A stretch of DNA of 64,000 nucleotides, from positions 1,178,001-1,242,000 of the forward strand of contig NC_134036.1 of NCBI RefSeq assembly GCF_964204645.1. The letters run 5' to 3'. The notes beneath the pieces were generated by a model. It worked only from the letters and a program-made list of their open reading frames with translations. It was not told the origin of the DNA and made no database searches. A program made the translations under genes and the position numbers. Below, in pieces: positions 39,839 through 51,435 of this stretch. Within the stretch, counting starts at the first letter, position 1, and every line of letters starts with the position of its first letter. The stretch comes from Tubulanus polymorphus (taxonomy: Eukaryota; Animalia; Nemertea).

Positions 39839-42800
39839 GGATGAAGACGCGCATGCTGATGAACCGGAGTTGATCCGGAAACTGACCCGTGTACTGCCGT
39901 TAACTCGTTGCTCAGCATAGCCTGCATGGCGTGTTGCGTTTCGTAAAGCATCTGAAACATGCCAGAAAATCTTAGAAAAAACCCCGATCCTTTACGGAGC
40001 CCCGCAATAGCTGATGACACGGTGAAAAAAGGTTTTTTTCTTTACTTGGGAACGAAAAGTTTTCATGGGAACAAATTAGGAAAAGATTTCGTTCCCGGAT
40101 TAAACTTTCGTTTGTTCCCACGTGGTTCTGTGGGCCAACCTACGTCGGAATTGCGTGGGCCACAATGCGCCGGAGTTGCGTGGGCCACAATGCGCCGTGG
40201 TTGCGTGGGCCACAATGCACCGTGGTAGCGTGGGCCACAATGCGCCGGAATTGCGTGGGCCACAATGCGCCGGAGTTGCGTGGGCCACAATGCGCCGTGG
40301 TTGCGTGGGCCACAATGCACCGTGGTAGCGTGGGCCACAATGCGCCGGAATTGCGTGGGCCACAATGCGCCGGAGTTGCGTGGGCCACAATGCGCCGGAA
40401 TTGCGTGGGCCACAATGCGCCGTAGTTGCGTGGGCCACAATCCCGTTTTAGTTGCGTGTGCCCAATCCCGTCGTAGTTTTCTACACCGACAAAGCGATGC
40501 CCAAAAGTTGCCCAATGACGTAATTCTCAATAGTTTTATCGAAGTTGTTTTTTCCTGCCGTTCATACTCACATTCAAAGCGTATTTTTGTACAAACTCTT
40601 CTTTATCTTCCATGTGGACGATGGCGTCTAAGGTCACGTGGTTACCATCGTTAAATGTTCGAATATTACAGCTCCTAAAAAATGCGACAAAAAAAAACTA
40701 TTGAACATTTTTAGAATCCTGTAAACTTTGACATTCTGTTTCATTTTGCTGACATGTAATTTTCGCTAACTTTTACTGACATGTAATTTTCGCAAACTTT
40801 AACTGACATGTTATTTTCGCTAACATTTTACTGACATGTTATTTTCGCAAACTTTAACTGACATGTTATTTTCGCTAACTTTTTACTGACATGTTATTTT
40901 CGCAAACTTTTAACTGACATGTTATTTTCGCAAACTTTAACTGACATGTTATTTTCGCTAACTTTTTACTGACCTGTTATTTTCGCTAACTTTTTACTGA
41001 CATGTAATTTTCGCTTACTTTTACTGACATGTAATTTTCGCTAACTTTTACTGACATTTATTTTCGCAAACTTTAACTGACATGTTATTTTCGCAAACTG
41101 TTTACTGACATGTTATTTTCGCTAACTTTTTACTGACATGTTATTTTCGCAAACTTTAACTGATATGTTATTTTCGCTAACTTTTTACTGACCTGTTATT
41201 TTCGCTAACTTTTTACTGACATGTTATTTTCGTAAACTTGTAAAAAATGTTATTTTCACTGGTATTCGCCTTTAATGACGCGTTTGCCATTTTACTGATA
41301 CGTTATTTTCGCCGATGTTTCTAATTTCTACTCACATGTTATTCTCGCCGATAGCCACGTAGAGTCTATCTCCGTTGGGAATGTCGTGCGAAGCCTTCGA
41401 AACGATTGGTCCGATTGTAAACTCTGCCAATTCGTACAGTTTCTTTTCACATTCTGCGATTTAAAAAAATCAAAAAAAAAAAAATCATTTTTTAAGAAAA
41501 CGAAATGATCTCGACTACATCCATTATTAAAAACCCATATGACATCACAATATTGACAATTCCAGAAAGATGGCCGCCTGCGTACATCCCCTTATGACGT
41601 CATGGCGTTAATGATGTGGTGACACATACCCTTACCTATATATCACCCTATGACATCATCAAATTGACACGGTAGACATTTCAGAGAAAATGGCTGCCCC
41701 TGCATGTCCCCCTATGACGTCATGCAATTAGTGATGAGGTGACTCCCACGACAACACTTCCTCTAATGGCGCAATATGTCAGCAAAATGATTTATGATAA
41801 TTAATGATAATTTAGCTGGGTAGGGTGTGAAAGCCGGTCAGTAGTAGGGTAGTACTACGAATTCATACAACGAATAAGTTGAATTCAAAACCGCGGGAGA
41901 GGATTTGGAATTATTCCGAAAACCGCGGGAGCGGATTAACGATTATTCTGAACCACGAACGTGTCGAATTAAACAGAACAAGTGACACTTTGAATCTGTT
42001 AGAATAACCCCCCCCGTACAATTGAATATAGATGGCGCTGTTAGAACAGCCCCCCGTACAATCTGACGTGTGCACAACAGATAAATCATACAAAATATAG
42101 GATCCTTTTGAATATAGATGGCGCTGTTAGAACAGCCCCCCGTACAATCTGACGCGTGGACAAAAAAACTAATTTTATTTCTTAAGAATTAGAATTAAAA
42201 ACCACGACGTTTCGCACTCTCACGAGAGGTCAGCGACACCTGGCGATGATCATCGAAAATAGAAAAAAAGGTTGACTTTAATCATTCAATACATTGCTTG
42301 AAAACGGATTCGGATTCTACTTGAATAGCAGCACCATTCATTCACAAATCAGACATCAATTAAAATATCATTATCTTATCCGAGCCCTGCTTTACTAGGT
42401 GGTAAACGGAGGTTAAAAAATCAATACGATTAAATATCGATTACCATTCGAATCCGTATGAATTTGATTTTTGAATTTTTGAACCGATGATATTTCTAAA
42501 AATCATATGTTGGCTCCCGTTCGTCCATAGATCTACATTGATTTATTCCTTTGAGGTTTTTAAAGCCTGTTTTTTTGTAGTTGTTGTTAAACCCACGACA
42601 CTATTTTACATAAATGAATGAATTAAAAAAAGCTGAAGTCACGAAAATCTAGATCGTTTGTATTCACGAAAAAAAAACGCGCACCGGGGATTTGCATGCT
42701 AAACAAGCACCTGTCCACCTGCTCGACAACAGCACGTGTATCATAATCGTCTTATTAAAATATCACGTAGAAGTTATTTTTTTTTTTTGAAAACGTATGG

Positions 42801-44453
42801 ATGGCACATTGAACTGGATTTTGTATGTATTCAAATTTCAAAATTCTAACCGTTAATTTCCATACCACAAAACTATCGGTTACATCTCCATAGCGGTAAA
42901 ACATATAGGCGTTAACCGATCACGATTGATGGAACACTGTATCCGTGTTGACGCGATTTAGAGAAAATCCCACAATGATAAGGAGAACGTCTTAGATTAA
43001 AAGTCTTTTTTCTTATCATTGTGGGATTATCTATAAATAGGCATTAACCTTTTAAAGTTTATCTGAATTTAGGATGAAATGCTAAATAAATTGATACCTC
43101 GATTCCCTCGTTTCTGTTGAGTTAAAAAAATGACCCACCCGGCCGCCAATCTGCCCTGGGCCCAGTTTCACGAAAAAGTGTAAGCCTAAAACAGTTTTAA
43201 GTTCCAATTGTTGTCCTCATTGAAGACATGAAGTAATGGCAATTACACCAAAAATTTGAGTTCAACTTTTTTTACTTTGGTTTTATATCATGATTCAGAT
43301 ATAGAAATGAACTGTTTAAAATATCATTGCAGTTTACAAAAATGAGCCCGGTCGATTAGGAGAAATGATTAGGTACCATTTTTCTAATTTTGTGAAACTA
43401 TGGGACAACTGACTCTGAAGAAGGAACCACAAGTAGCCAAGATCTAAATCTACTAATTTCATTGCCCGCACTTTGTCCGGTTAGACGCTAGTTCGAATAA
43501 TTCGCAGGACTATTGTCTGTCATGTATAGAATTGGACTTTGGAGCCCAAGTCAATACACGATAATATATTTACAAGGTCACCGGGTTAAGTCAGACCTCG
43601 TACAAGGCCTACAAAGTTTCCTATATCGCGGAAACTTTGATAAGTTTTCGGATTTTTACCTAAGTGCATAAAATAGGCAAATTTATTATAAATTCCCCCT
43701 ATGACGTGATCAGTCTAGCCCCGATATATCGATGGCGTAATGTGCACCCTCACAGTCAAAAATAATTATCAAAATCTATTTAAAAAATGAAATATACAAT
43801 AAAATTCAGAATTGTAATTGTTACTTTTGAAACACCCCGATATTGATGACGCATCGACTGACACAGAACCCATTGAATAACGCCTATTAGGTAACAATCA
43901 CTGAACTACATTCAGGCCGACAGACGAACAGACAAAAATCCCGAAATCAAGTATACACTATTTGGAGAGGCCTAGACGCAATACATTTAGAATATAGAAT
44001 ATGTTTAATTGCTCGATGACAAAATACAATTGCTTAGAGCACAAAACAAAATCAAAATCTATAACAATTAGAATAATTAATGCGGTTCACAATTAACACA
44101 CGTAGACGCACATACACATAAAGATACAAAATCAAAAACAGCTCACTGGAACAAACGCGTACAATAGGGGACCGCAATTTACAGTACAACAGGGGACCGC
44201 AATTAACAGTACAATAGGGGACTCTATGGAATACATAACTATATACATGTGTGATTATAGAAATACGAATTCGCTTGGCCAAATCACTGGTCTAAATCAA
44301 TTTGAATTTCACTGTTTTAAGTGATCTAAAATGTGAAAATAAATGTCCAATTGTAATCACCTAATCCATATTCCTAATTAGTTAGAATTTTACAGATGAC
44401 CCCGTCTTACAAATAAAAATCCACGCACACATTTCTACTGAATAATTCTAAGA

Positions 44454-44493
<40 letters not shown>

Positions 44494-44580
44494 CTTACCC
44501 GGAGAAGAAAGAAATCCCGGCACCACTTTGAAGTAATACATCAGAGTACGGGTAGTCGTCGGTACTGCGGTCGTTGCCAT
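34045..44580 (-). CDS. SMS: Spermine synthase, 378 aa, 11 exon positions with three alternative versions of exon 4
   Basis: Exons 44580-44499, 41453-41336, 40674-40572, [39951-39887 | 39330-39266 | 38098-38034], 37182-37004, 36637-36474, 36030-35941, 35513-35402, 35290-35205, 34545-34436 and 34072-34045 give 1137 nt in frame. Motifs [46 protein letters not shown] and VPSFHE are diagnostic of spermine synthase with its N-terminal extension. Confidence 0.96.
34101..34330. repeat. 60-bp minisatellite, about 4 copies (SMS intron 10)
   Basis: Unit gttgaagttatcgagaatgagaaggtcgttattagtaactaatcataattttactgaatc. Related diverged sequence at about 61840-62040. Confidence 0.9.
35586..35658 (+). tRNA. 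tRNA-Ala(TGC), one acceptor-stem mismatch (A2:C71)
   Basis: 73-nt cloverleaf GAGGAACTAGCTCAG...CTCGC-TT-TGC-AT-GCGAG...GGGATCGATGCCC...GTTCTCCA with the G3:U70 alanine determinant and a downstream T-run. Antisense within SMS intron 7. Confidence 0.85.
35732..35802 (+). pseudogene. tRNA-Ala(AGC) pseudogene
   Basis: Same body as the other copies but with substitutions in the D stem and T arm and a degraded 3' acceptor strand. Confidence 0.8.
36115..36410. repeat. 69-bp minisatellite, about 4.5 copies (SMS intron 6)
   Basis: Unit atctctggttgcattcaagggaagagatatgtcatggcagcaatggaaccagaactggaagagtgagac. Confidence 0.9.
36770..37015. repeat. 50-bp tandem repeat derived from the SMS exon 5 / intron 5 junction
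   Basis: ctcgttgagg recurs at 36861, 36911 and 36961. The unit copies the exon 3' end and the donor site. Confidence 0.85.
38034..38098 (-). CDS. SMS: SMS alternative exon 4c ([22 protein letters not shown])
   Basis: 65 nt, gcgcag acceptor, AG|GTACAA donor, phase 0 to 2, open frame. Confidence 0.8.
39266..39330 (-). CDS. SMS: SMS alternative exon 4b ([22 protein letters not shown])
   Basis: 65 nt, ttttcag acceptor, GG|GTCAGT donor, phase 0 to 2, open frame, homologous to 4a. Confidence 0.8.
39790..39843. repeat. (GAT)n microsatellite, read as (UCA)n in the SMS pre-mRNA
   Basis: About 15 GAT units, roughly 45-95 nt downstream of exon 4a in transcript orientation. Confidence 0.95.
39887..39951 (-). 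CDS. SMS: SMS alternative exon 4a ([22 protein letters not shown])
   Basis: 65 nt, tttcag acceptor, GG|GTCAGT donor, phase 0 to 2, open frame. Confidence 0.8.
40128..40465. repeat. 25-bp GC-rich minisatellite, about 13 copies (SMS intron 3)
   Basis: Unit gcgtgggccacaatgcgccggagtt. Explains the multiple overlapping ORFs at 40063-40654. Confidence 0.95.
40745..41345. repeat. 27-28-bp tandem repeat (about 18-20 copies) derived from the SMS exon 2 donor junction
   Basis: Unit ctgacatgttattttcgctaactttta versus the true junction ctcacatgttattctcgccgatagc at 41331. Confidence 0.9.
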
Positions 44581-45231
44581 CTTTAAAGTTTATTTTTTTG
44601 TTACGCAACAAAAATAGAAAAACAATCGATTGTTTATTTATCTAATTTGATGATATACGGCGCGCCTGTTGTTCGTCGTCTGCTGATCCCGACCGAGAGA
44701 GAGAGAGAGTTACCGACCCCCGGTTTCACTATCTCCAGTAACAGCCTGAATGAAAGTGACTATAAACCTCCTCTGATATCAGCTCCTGCTGATAATAATG
44801 CTATTCTATAACGGGTTAATATATGCGCGGATAAAGATATGAATATGAAAAAGATGTGAACTTTGTAATTTCTTGTTATAATCTGCCGTGTTTCATATGT
44901 CACCGCTGTTGACACGTCGCATTTCGATAGACTCGCTGTTTGTAATACAAGTGACAGCGATATTCAAGTACTGAAATATTCTGAATATATACATGTATAT
45001 CGCGTCCGTACCTGTCGCTACAGGTCATAGGCGTTCATGGGAAAGACTTGTTACCCGAATGCGTTACGTCACTTAGAATTCATGCGAATCTCGACTTGCT
45101 CTATTTATTTGTATTTATTTTATTTACAGCGAATAAAATCGATCAACGATTTTACTTAGAAAAAAATTGAGTAAAGTTTATCAACTATTTTACTATAAGA
45201 TGAAGAATGATTTTGAAATCATCAAGTAAAA

Positions 45232-45450
45232 ACCGCAGTTGCTATTGATATATTAGTTTCAACATCAACCATGGAGCCGCAGTTGATATTATTGATATAT
45301 CAGTTTCAATATCAACCATGGAGCCGCAGTTGATATTATTGATATATCAGTTTCAATATCAACCATGGAGCCGCAGTTGATATTATTGATATATCAGTTT
45401 CAATAGCAACCATGGAGCTGCAGTTGATATTGATATATCAGTTTCAATTT
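45232..45450. repeat. 47-bp minisatellite, about 4.5 copies
   Basis: Unit ccgcagttgatattattgatatatcagtttcaatatcaaccatggag. Confidence 0.9.
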
Positions 45451-45942
45451 TCAATATGAACCGCGGGTTTCTACTTGTTAACTCGAAATGCGAGATTAAT
45501 ATCAGTCTCAATATCAGCGGTCATGATTTTGAAATGTTATTAACAATTTTCAAAATTAGTACATTAGTACATTAGTACAATTTTCAAAATTAGTTACATG
45601 CAACAATATACGAAATTTCAAAAATGATTTTAAAATGTTCTTTTGAACTGAAAATTAGTATATACATTTAACTGTTAGAATTGTAAGGAGAAGAACTCGA
45701 AATGTTATTGATTACCTTGAAAATAACACGAATCTTAATATTGTCGACAATTAATGATATATTATTCAGGATCTGAAGTATGTTATTTTGGATTTGAATT
45801 AATATCGATTATTAAACTGAATTGACCGGCAACCAGTCAAGCCCCGATATGGTGATGAGGCAGCGCACATCCTCTCAAAAAATAATTATCAAAATTTATT
45901 CAAACTAAACGCTAAAATTCTCGATTTTAATTGTTATTGTAA

Positions 45943-47070
45943 ACTCCGAACTCAGGATCCAGTTCCACAGTTGAGAGTTTGAGTTAACTCCGCACTCAGG
46001 ATCCAGTTCCACAGTTGAGAGTTTGAGTTAACTCCGCACTCAGGATCCAGTTCCACAGTTGAGAGTTTGAGTTAACTCCGCACTCAGGATCCAGATCCAC
46101 AGTTGAGAGTTTGAGTTAACTCCGCACTCAGGATCCAGTTCCACAGTTGAGAGTTTGAGTTAACTCCGCACTCAGGATCCAGTTCCACAGTTGAGAGTTT
46201 GAGTTAACTCCGAACTCAGGATCCAGTTCCACAGTTGAGAGTTTGAGTTAACTCCGAACTCAGGACCCAGTTCCACAGTTGAGAGTTTGAGTTAACTCAG
46301 GACCCAGTTCCACAGTTGAGAGTTTGAGTTAACTCTGAACTCAGGATCCAGTTCCACAGTTGAGAGTTTGAGTTAACTCCGCACTCAGGATCCAGATCCA
46401 CAGTTGAGAGTTTGAGTTAACTCCGCACTCAGGATCCAGTTCCACAGTTGAGAGTTTGAGTTAACTCCGCACTCAGGATCCAGTTCCACAGTTGAGAGTT
46501 TGAGTTAACTCCGAACTCAGGATCCAGTTCCACAGTTGAGAGTTTGAGTTAACTCCGAACTCAGGACCCAGTTCCACAGTTGAGAGTTTGAGTTAACTCA
46601 GGACCCAGTTCCACAGTTGAGAGTTTGAGTTAACTCTGAACTCAGGATCCAGTTCCACAGTTGAGAGTTTGAGTTAACTCCGCACTCAGGATCCAGTTCC
46701 ACAGTTGAGAGTTTGAGTTAACTCCGAACTCAGGACCCAGTTCCACAGTTGAGAGTTTGAGTTAACTCAGGACCCAGTTCCACAGTTGAGAGTTTGAGTT
46801 AACTCTGAACTCAGGATCCAGTTCCACAGTTGAGAGTTTGAGTTAACTCAGGACCCAGTTCCACAGTTGAGAGTTTGAGTTAACTCTGAACTCAGGATCC
46901 AGTTCCACAGTTGAGAGTTTGAGTTAACTCAGGACCCAGTTCCACAGTTGAGAGTTTGAGTTAACTCTGAACTCAGGACCCAGTTCCACAGTTGAGAGTT
47001 TGAGTTAACTCTGAACTCAGGACCCAGTTCCACAGTTGAGAGTTTGAGTTAACTCCGCACTCAGGATCCG
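45943..47070. repeat. 44-bp satellite array with 36-bp variants, about 26 units, derived from a family C MITE end
   Basis: Unit caggatccagttccacagttgagagtttgagttaactccgcact. Confidence 0.97.
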
Positions 47071-47408
47071 GAACTACTTTGGAACTGGATGATGTAACGC
47101 ATATATAAAAACATTGCATTTAAAATGTACACAAATGTATATCAGTAACAAATCCTAGATATATAAAGGATTTTTATTATATTGTACACTCAAACAAAAA
47201 TGGGTTGATAAATAGTTAAATTGTATTGTATTAAAAAGAAATTAAGCATGTCGTTTGCTGTAAAAGCCTAGTTAAATGTATTAAAAATGAAGCCCATGGT
47301 TCAGGATTTTTATTTTGATGTAGCGCAAAAATGTGTTGATGCCCTACTTAACTGTAGTTGAAATGTATTCTACCATATTGTAGGAAAAATGTATTTGAAA
47401 TGAAAGCT

Positions 47409-47634
47409 TAGGCTAAAAAAAATTGATACCTTGTTTCTCCGCTCTGCTGAGCTTAAATGTTGACCCGGCCGGCCGCCTATCTACCCTATACATTACTTTT
47501 TTTAAAAATCGTGATCAATTTTACCATAACAGACCCGGCCGCTATAGAAATGAACTGTTTATAAATTTTATCATATTTTACAAAAATGACCCGGCCGCTG
47601 CGGAGAAACAAGGTATCATTTTTGTTTAGCCTTA
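47409..47634. mobile_element. MITE, family D (Kolobok-like termini)
   Basis: TIRs taggctaaaaaaaattgatacc / ggtatcatttttgtttagcctta with TTA(A)-like flanks. Confidence 0.7.
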
Positions 47635-50600
47635 AGTGTAGACTCTTTATTTAGAAAATTGTACGCAAATGTGTTTATGCATTATTGTATTTAAAATGTA
47701 TTAAAGATAAAGCCTACAGTTCAGGATTTTGCAAAATTGGCAAACAATGTGTTGATGCCCTACTTGTAGTAAAACTATATTTAACGAAGGCTTAAGATTA
47801 GAATTTTTATTTTGAAAAATTGTACACAAATGTATTGATGCCTTGTTGAAATTTATCAAAAATAAAGCCAACATTATAACGACTGTAGCACTCAGGAGTA
47901 ATTTATCAGGCCAGGTACCCATCTACTCCCTGGGGGTGAAGAGCATCTTATTTAACGCGTCAAATGATTCGAACTTACAATAAGCTAACTGGACGCGAGT
48001 TCGGGGAGCGATACCGGACCCCTGGCAAGCGAGGATGGTTGAAGAGAGGCAATGAGGATAAGTATCTTGCCCAGGGACCCTACAGTCGTGTAGTGGGTAA
48101 AAATATATTCTTATGGAAATAAAGCAATTTACTTTTGAAAACGGATATTTGCTAGATTTTGTAGGTTAATTGTAACCCCCCACCCCCAGTACGTCATGAA
48201 CCCCTTACACGCTACGGACACGAACGCATTATATATGACATGGTAGTTAAGAATTTGAGATAGGCCTATAATAGTTGATGCGAGCTCTGGCGATTGGCCG
48301 CGCTGTCCTAGAAATCCGATACTTTGTCTAGACAATTGTCTACGTGCTGAGGCTATAAATACGACACTTCGTTTCTCCAAATCGACCGGGGTTTTTTTCG
48401 TAAAGTGCAATGCCAAATTTATCAGTTCGCCATTTCTATAACTGCCGGGTCTGTTATGGTAGAATCGATCATAATTTTTAAGAAAAGTAATGTTCAGATA
48501 GGCGGCCGGCCGGGTCAAGTTTTAAGCTCAACAGAAATAAGAGAAACAAAGTATCAATTTTTTCTAGCCTTATATATTGTTAGTACAGTGTATAGTTACC
48601 TGTCGGGTTCATCCCGTACATGGAGACATGTATCAGCTGATCATGCGTGTCAAGCCAGTCCAGCCACCGAGCGCGAGTTCATCTCAACATCTCTTACACC
48701 ATTAGCGATTAATAAGTATAAATATCTGTATTAATATATTAATTCATACTGATTAGGCTTGAGATTAAGATTAACGGATTAGGCCGCTAAATTGCGCTGG
48801 TATTCGAAGCATTTTGAAGCGTTCAAATTTAGCGCCTTGTGGATGGAAAGTTATACTCGACGCGCTGTTGGCCTACATAGGTAATGATAGTGTGCAACTT
48901 TCCAGTGCTTATTTTCGGCGCGAATCATTTGATATTTCAACTCGATATCTCGCTTACGATATTAGATATTAGCGGTTTACGGAAAAGTGAATTTCGTATA
49001 GACATTATCAGCTGTTTTTCTGCTATTTCGCGGTGATGCTATTAATCTAAGGACATTGATTTAGGCCTTGTCGTAAAGAAAATGGCGTCTAAGTACATCC
49101 GGGTTAAAACGTTAATTAGTCCGCTTAAATAAGGAGTTAATTATTGTTATTAGTTAGAAAGTTAATTAGATTTATTTGAACTGGTAAAGCGCACACGCTA
49201 GGCTCGGATTTGTTTACGGAAGTCACGGATGGATAACGATTGTGAACGGAACGGCGATTTCGGATGCGGGCTCTCAGGATTTCAGAGGAAAAAAGGTAAG
49301 TAGTGTTACCCACCCACCGCGCTCCACGGGCCGGGTCTATTCCCAGTTGAAAAAATAAGAAACAATTTTCACACAAAAATTGATTTCTAGAAACGAATGA
49401 ATTCGGAATTCGTGATTCTGATCTGAATTAGAAAAACGTTAAGACCCTAGAATTTTAGCTCTTAATTCGGGGACCCATTCTTCGCGGGAGGTTAAAGGGT
49501 GTTTGAAATTTCTAATCGTAGGGACTTGAATTCAAAACAAAAAAATGATCTCTAGAAATAAATTCAGGATAAATTCGTGATTCGTGATTCTGATCTGGAT
49601 TTAAAAAAGAAAACGTTAAGAGCCTAACATTTTAGCTCTTAGCGAATTCGGGGACCCATTCTTCGCTTAAGGTTAGGGTGTTTGAAATTTCTAATCGTAG
49701 GACTTGAATTCAAAACAGAAACATAATATGATAATAATAATGAAATAAAATAATCTATATTTTTAGAAACTTAATTTGACGTCGATTTCGGGATGGAATA
49801 TTTTTAAGAACTGAGTTTGACCTGGAAGTTCCTCCGGAAATCCCTGTAACCATAGTAACGGTCAAGTAATGGAAAAAACCCGGAGACTTCGTCGTGTAGC
49901 TCAGATGATCACTCGTTAAACTGAATGCTGATATAATGTTGTTTCTTCGACTGAATCGCAGCGATTTCGACGCGCGGGGAAGCCCCGGAACAGCAGCGGC
50001 AAGCGAGAGATCATACCGCGTGTGTATGGAGGAGGTACTTTTTAGACAATATCGATATTTTTTATATTCGCGGTGTTGGTTTTGGTGCAAGCACGTCTTG
50101 TACTGGGTGATGCATGTACAGGTAGTAGGCCTACTGATGGTGGCCTTCACGCGGACGTTTTATTTTTAACACTTCAAACACTTGGTGATGAACACTTTGC
50201 GAACACTCTGCAACACTTTGAGGAGGGGGTCGGACACACGCTAAACCGGACAGACGACACGCCGTCGTGCACTACAGCGAACACATTATTAAAACTTCAC
50301 GTGATTTATACCGGTATTCGGGTTGCAAGACTGATGAAATATGAGGCCTAAATTATCGGTCTGATCACTCGTATAGAAAATTGAAATAGTTTTAAGAGGA
50401 TCTCTGCCCCGCAGGCACACTGCTTATAGGCCTTAAAATTTTGGAAGGGGTTTCGCTGCTAGGCCTAGCTATATATAGGTGTTAAAAGACAGCATGGGCG
50501 GATCAGAGTTGAGAATGCTCTACTGGTGGTCGTCCCTCCTCCCCAAAAAAATTATGAAAAATCAGTCTTAGGCTACTTTCATGCATTCTGAAAATTTTTA

Positions 50601-51034
50601 GACTCAGTTGGGTCATATATATTTAGATGTTCAATTGTACGTTTGAAATTTAGCATTGGTTCTGTGCCAGGGATTATAAAAACCACTAAGCCTAAACTAA
50701 GTCTGATTGTGTTAAAAACACTAGGCCTTATTCTAGATAGGCCTGTTACATCGAAGGTATTCTATCTTAATATCGCTTAGGCCTAGATAGATATCTTTCT
50801 TAATTGATTAAAGCATATTACCTAAACTGGGCCTACATTATCCACTACCAGGCCTAAATTGATGGATATTGAGGGTCATGTAGAAATTTCACCAGGCCTT
50901 AGTCTAAATCCTCTAAAGGGGTATGCAGTAGGCCTACATGTTATAGAGAAATTACTAGGCCTGATTTCAACCCACTTAAATGCACCACAGAAACAAAATA
51001 CCAGGCCTAAACAGAACCAGACATATACAGATAT

Positions 51035-51435
51035 ATTACCAGGCTCAAATTAATCCCTCTTAAAGGGTCTAACACCATACAAAAACATTACCAGGCTCAA
51101 TTCAATCCCTCTTAAAGGGTCTAACACCATACACAAATATTACCAGGCTCAAATTAATCCCTCTTAAAGGGTCTAACACCATACAAAAACATTACCAGGC
51201 TCAAATTAATCCCTCTTAAAGGGTCTAACACCATACACAAATATTACCAGGCTCAAATTAAACCCTCTTAAAGGGTCTAACACCATACACAAATATTACC
51301 AGGCTCAAATTAAACCCTCTTAAAGGGTCTAACACCATACACAAATATTACCAGGCTCAAATTAATCCCTCTTAAAGGGTCTAACACCATACAAAAACAT
51401 TACCAGGCTCAAATTAAACCCTCTTAAAGGGTCAA
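51035..51435. repeat. 52-bp minisatellite, about 8 copies
   Basis: Unit attaccaggctcaaattaatccctcttaaagggtctaacaccatacacaaat. Confidence 0.95.

Noticed and set aside
39787-40020. Poly-His ORF
   Set aside because: Read-through of SMS exon 4a into the intronic (CAT)n microsatellite, not a separate gene.
40063-40654. Cluster of overlapping ORFs on both strands
   Set aside because: Produced by the 25-bp GC-rich tandem repeat in SMS intron 3.
34045-44580. Alternative call as spermidine synthase
   Set aside because: The ~120-aa N-terminal extension and the GESD, NDLT and VPSFHE motifs match spermine synthase. Actual substrate specificity still needs an assay.
49080-50350. Promoter- and exon-like signals (aaaATGGCG, AAG|GTAAGT at about 49295, GAG|GTACTT at about 50034)
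   Set aside because: I could not assemble an open, recognisable product. Possibly transposon-derived or non-coding.
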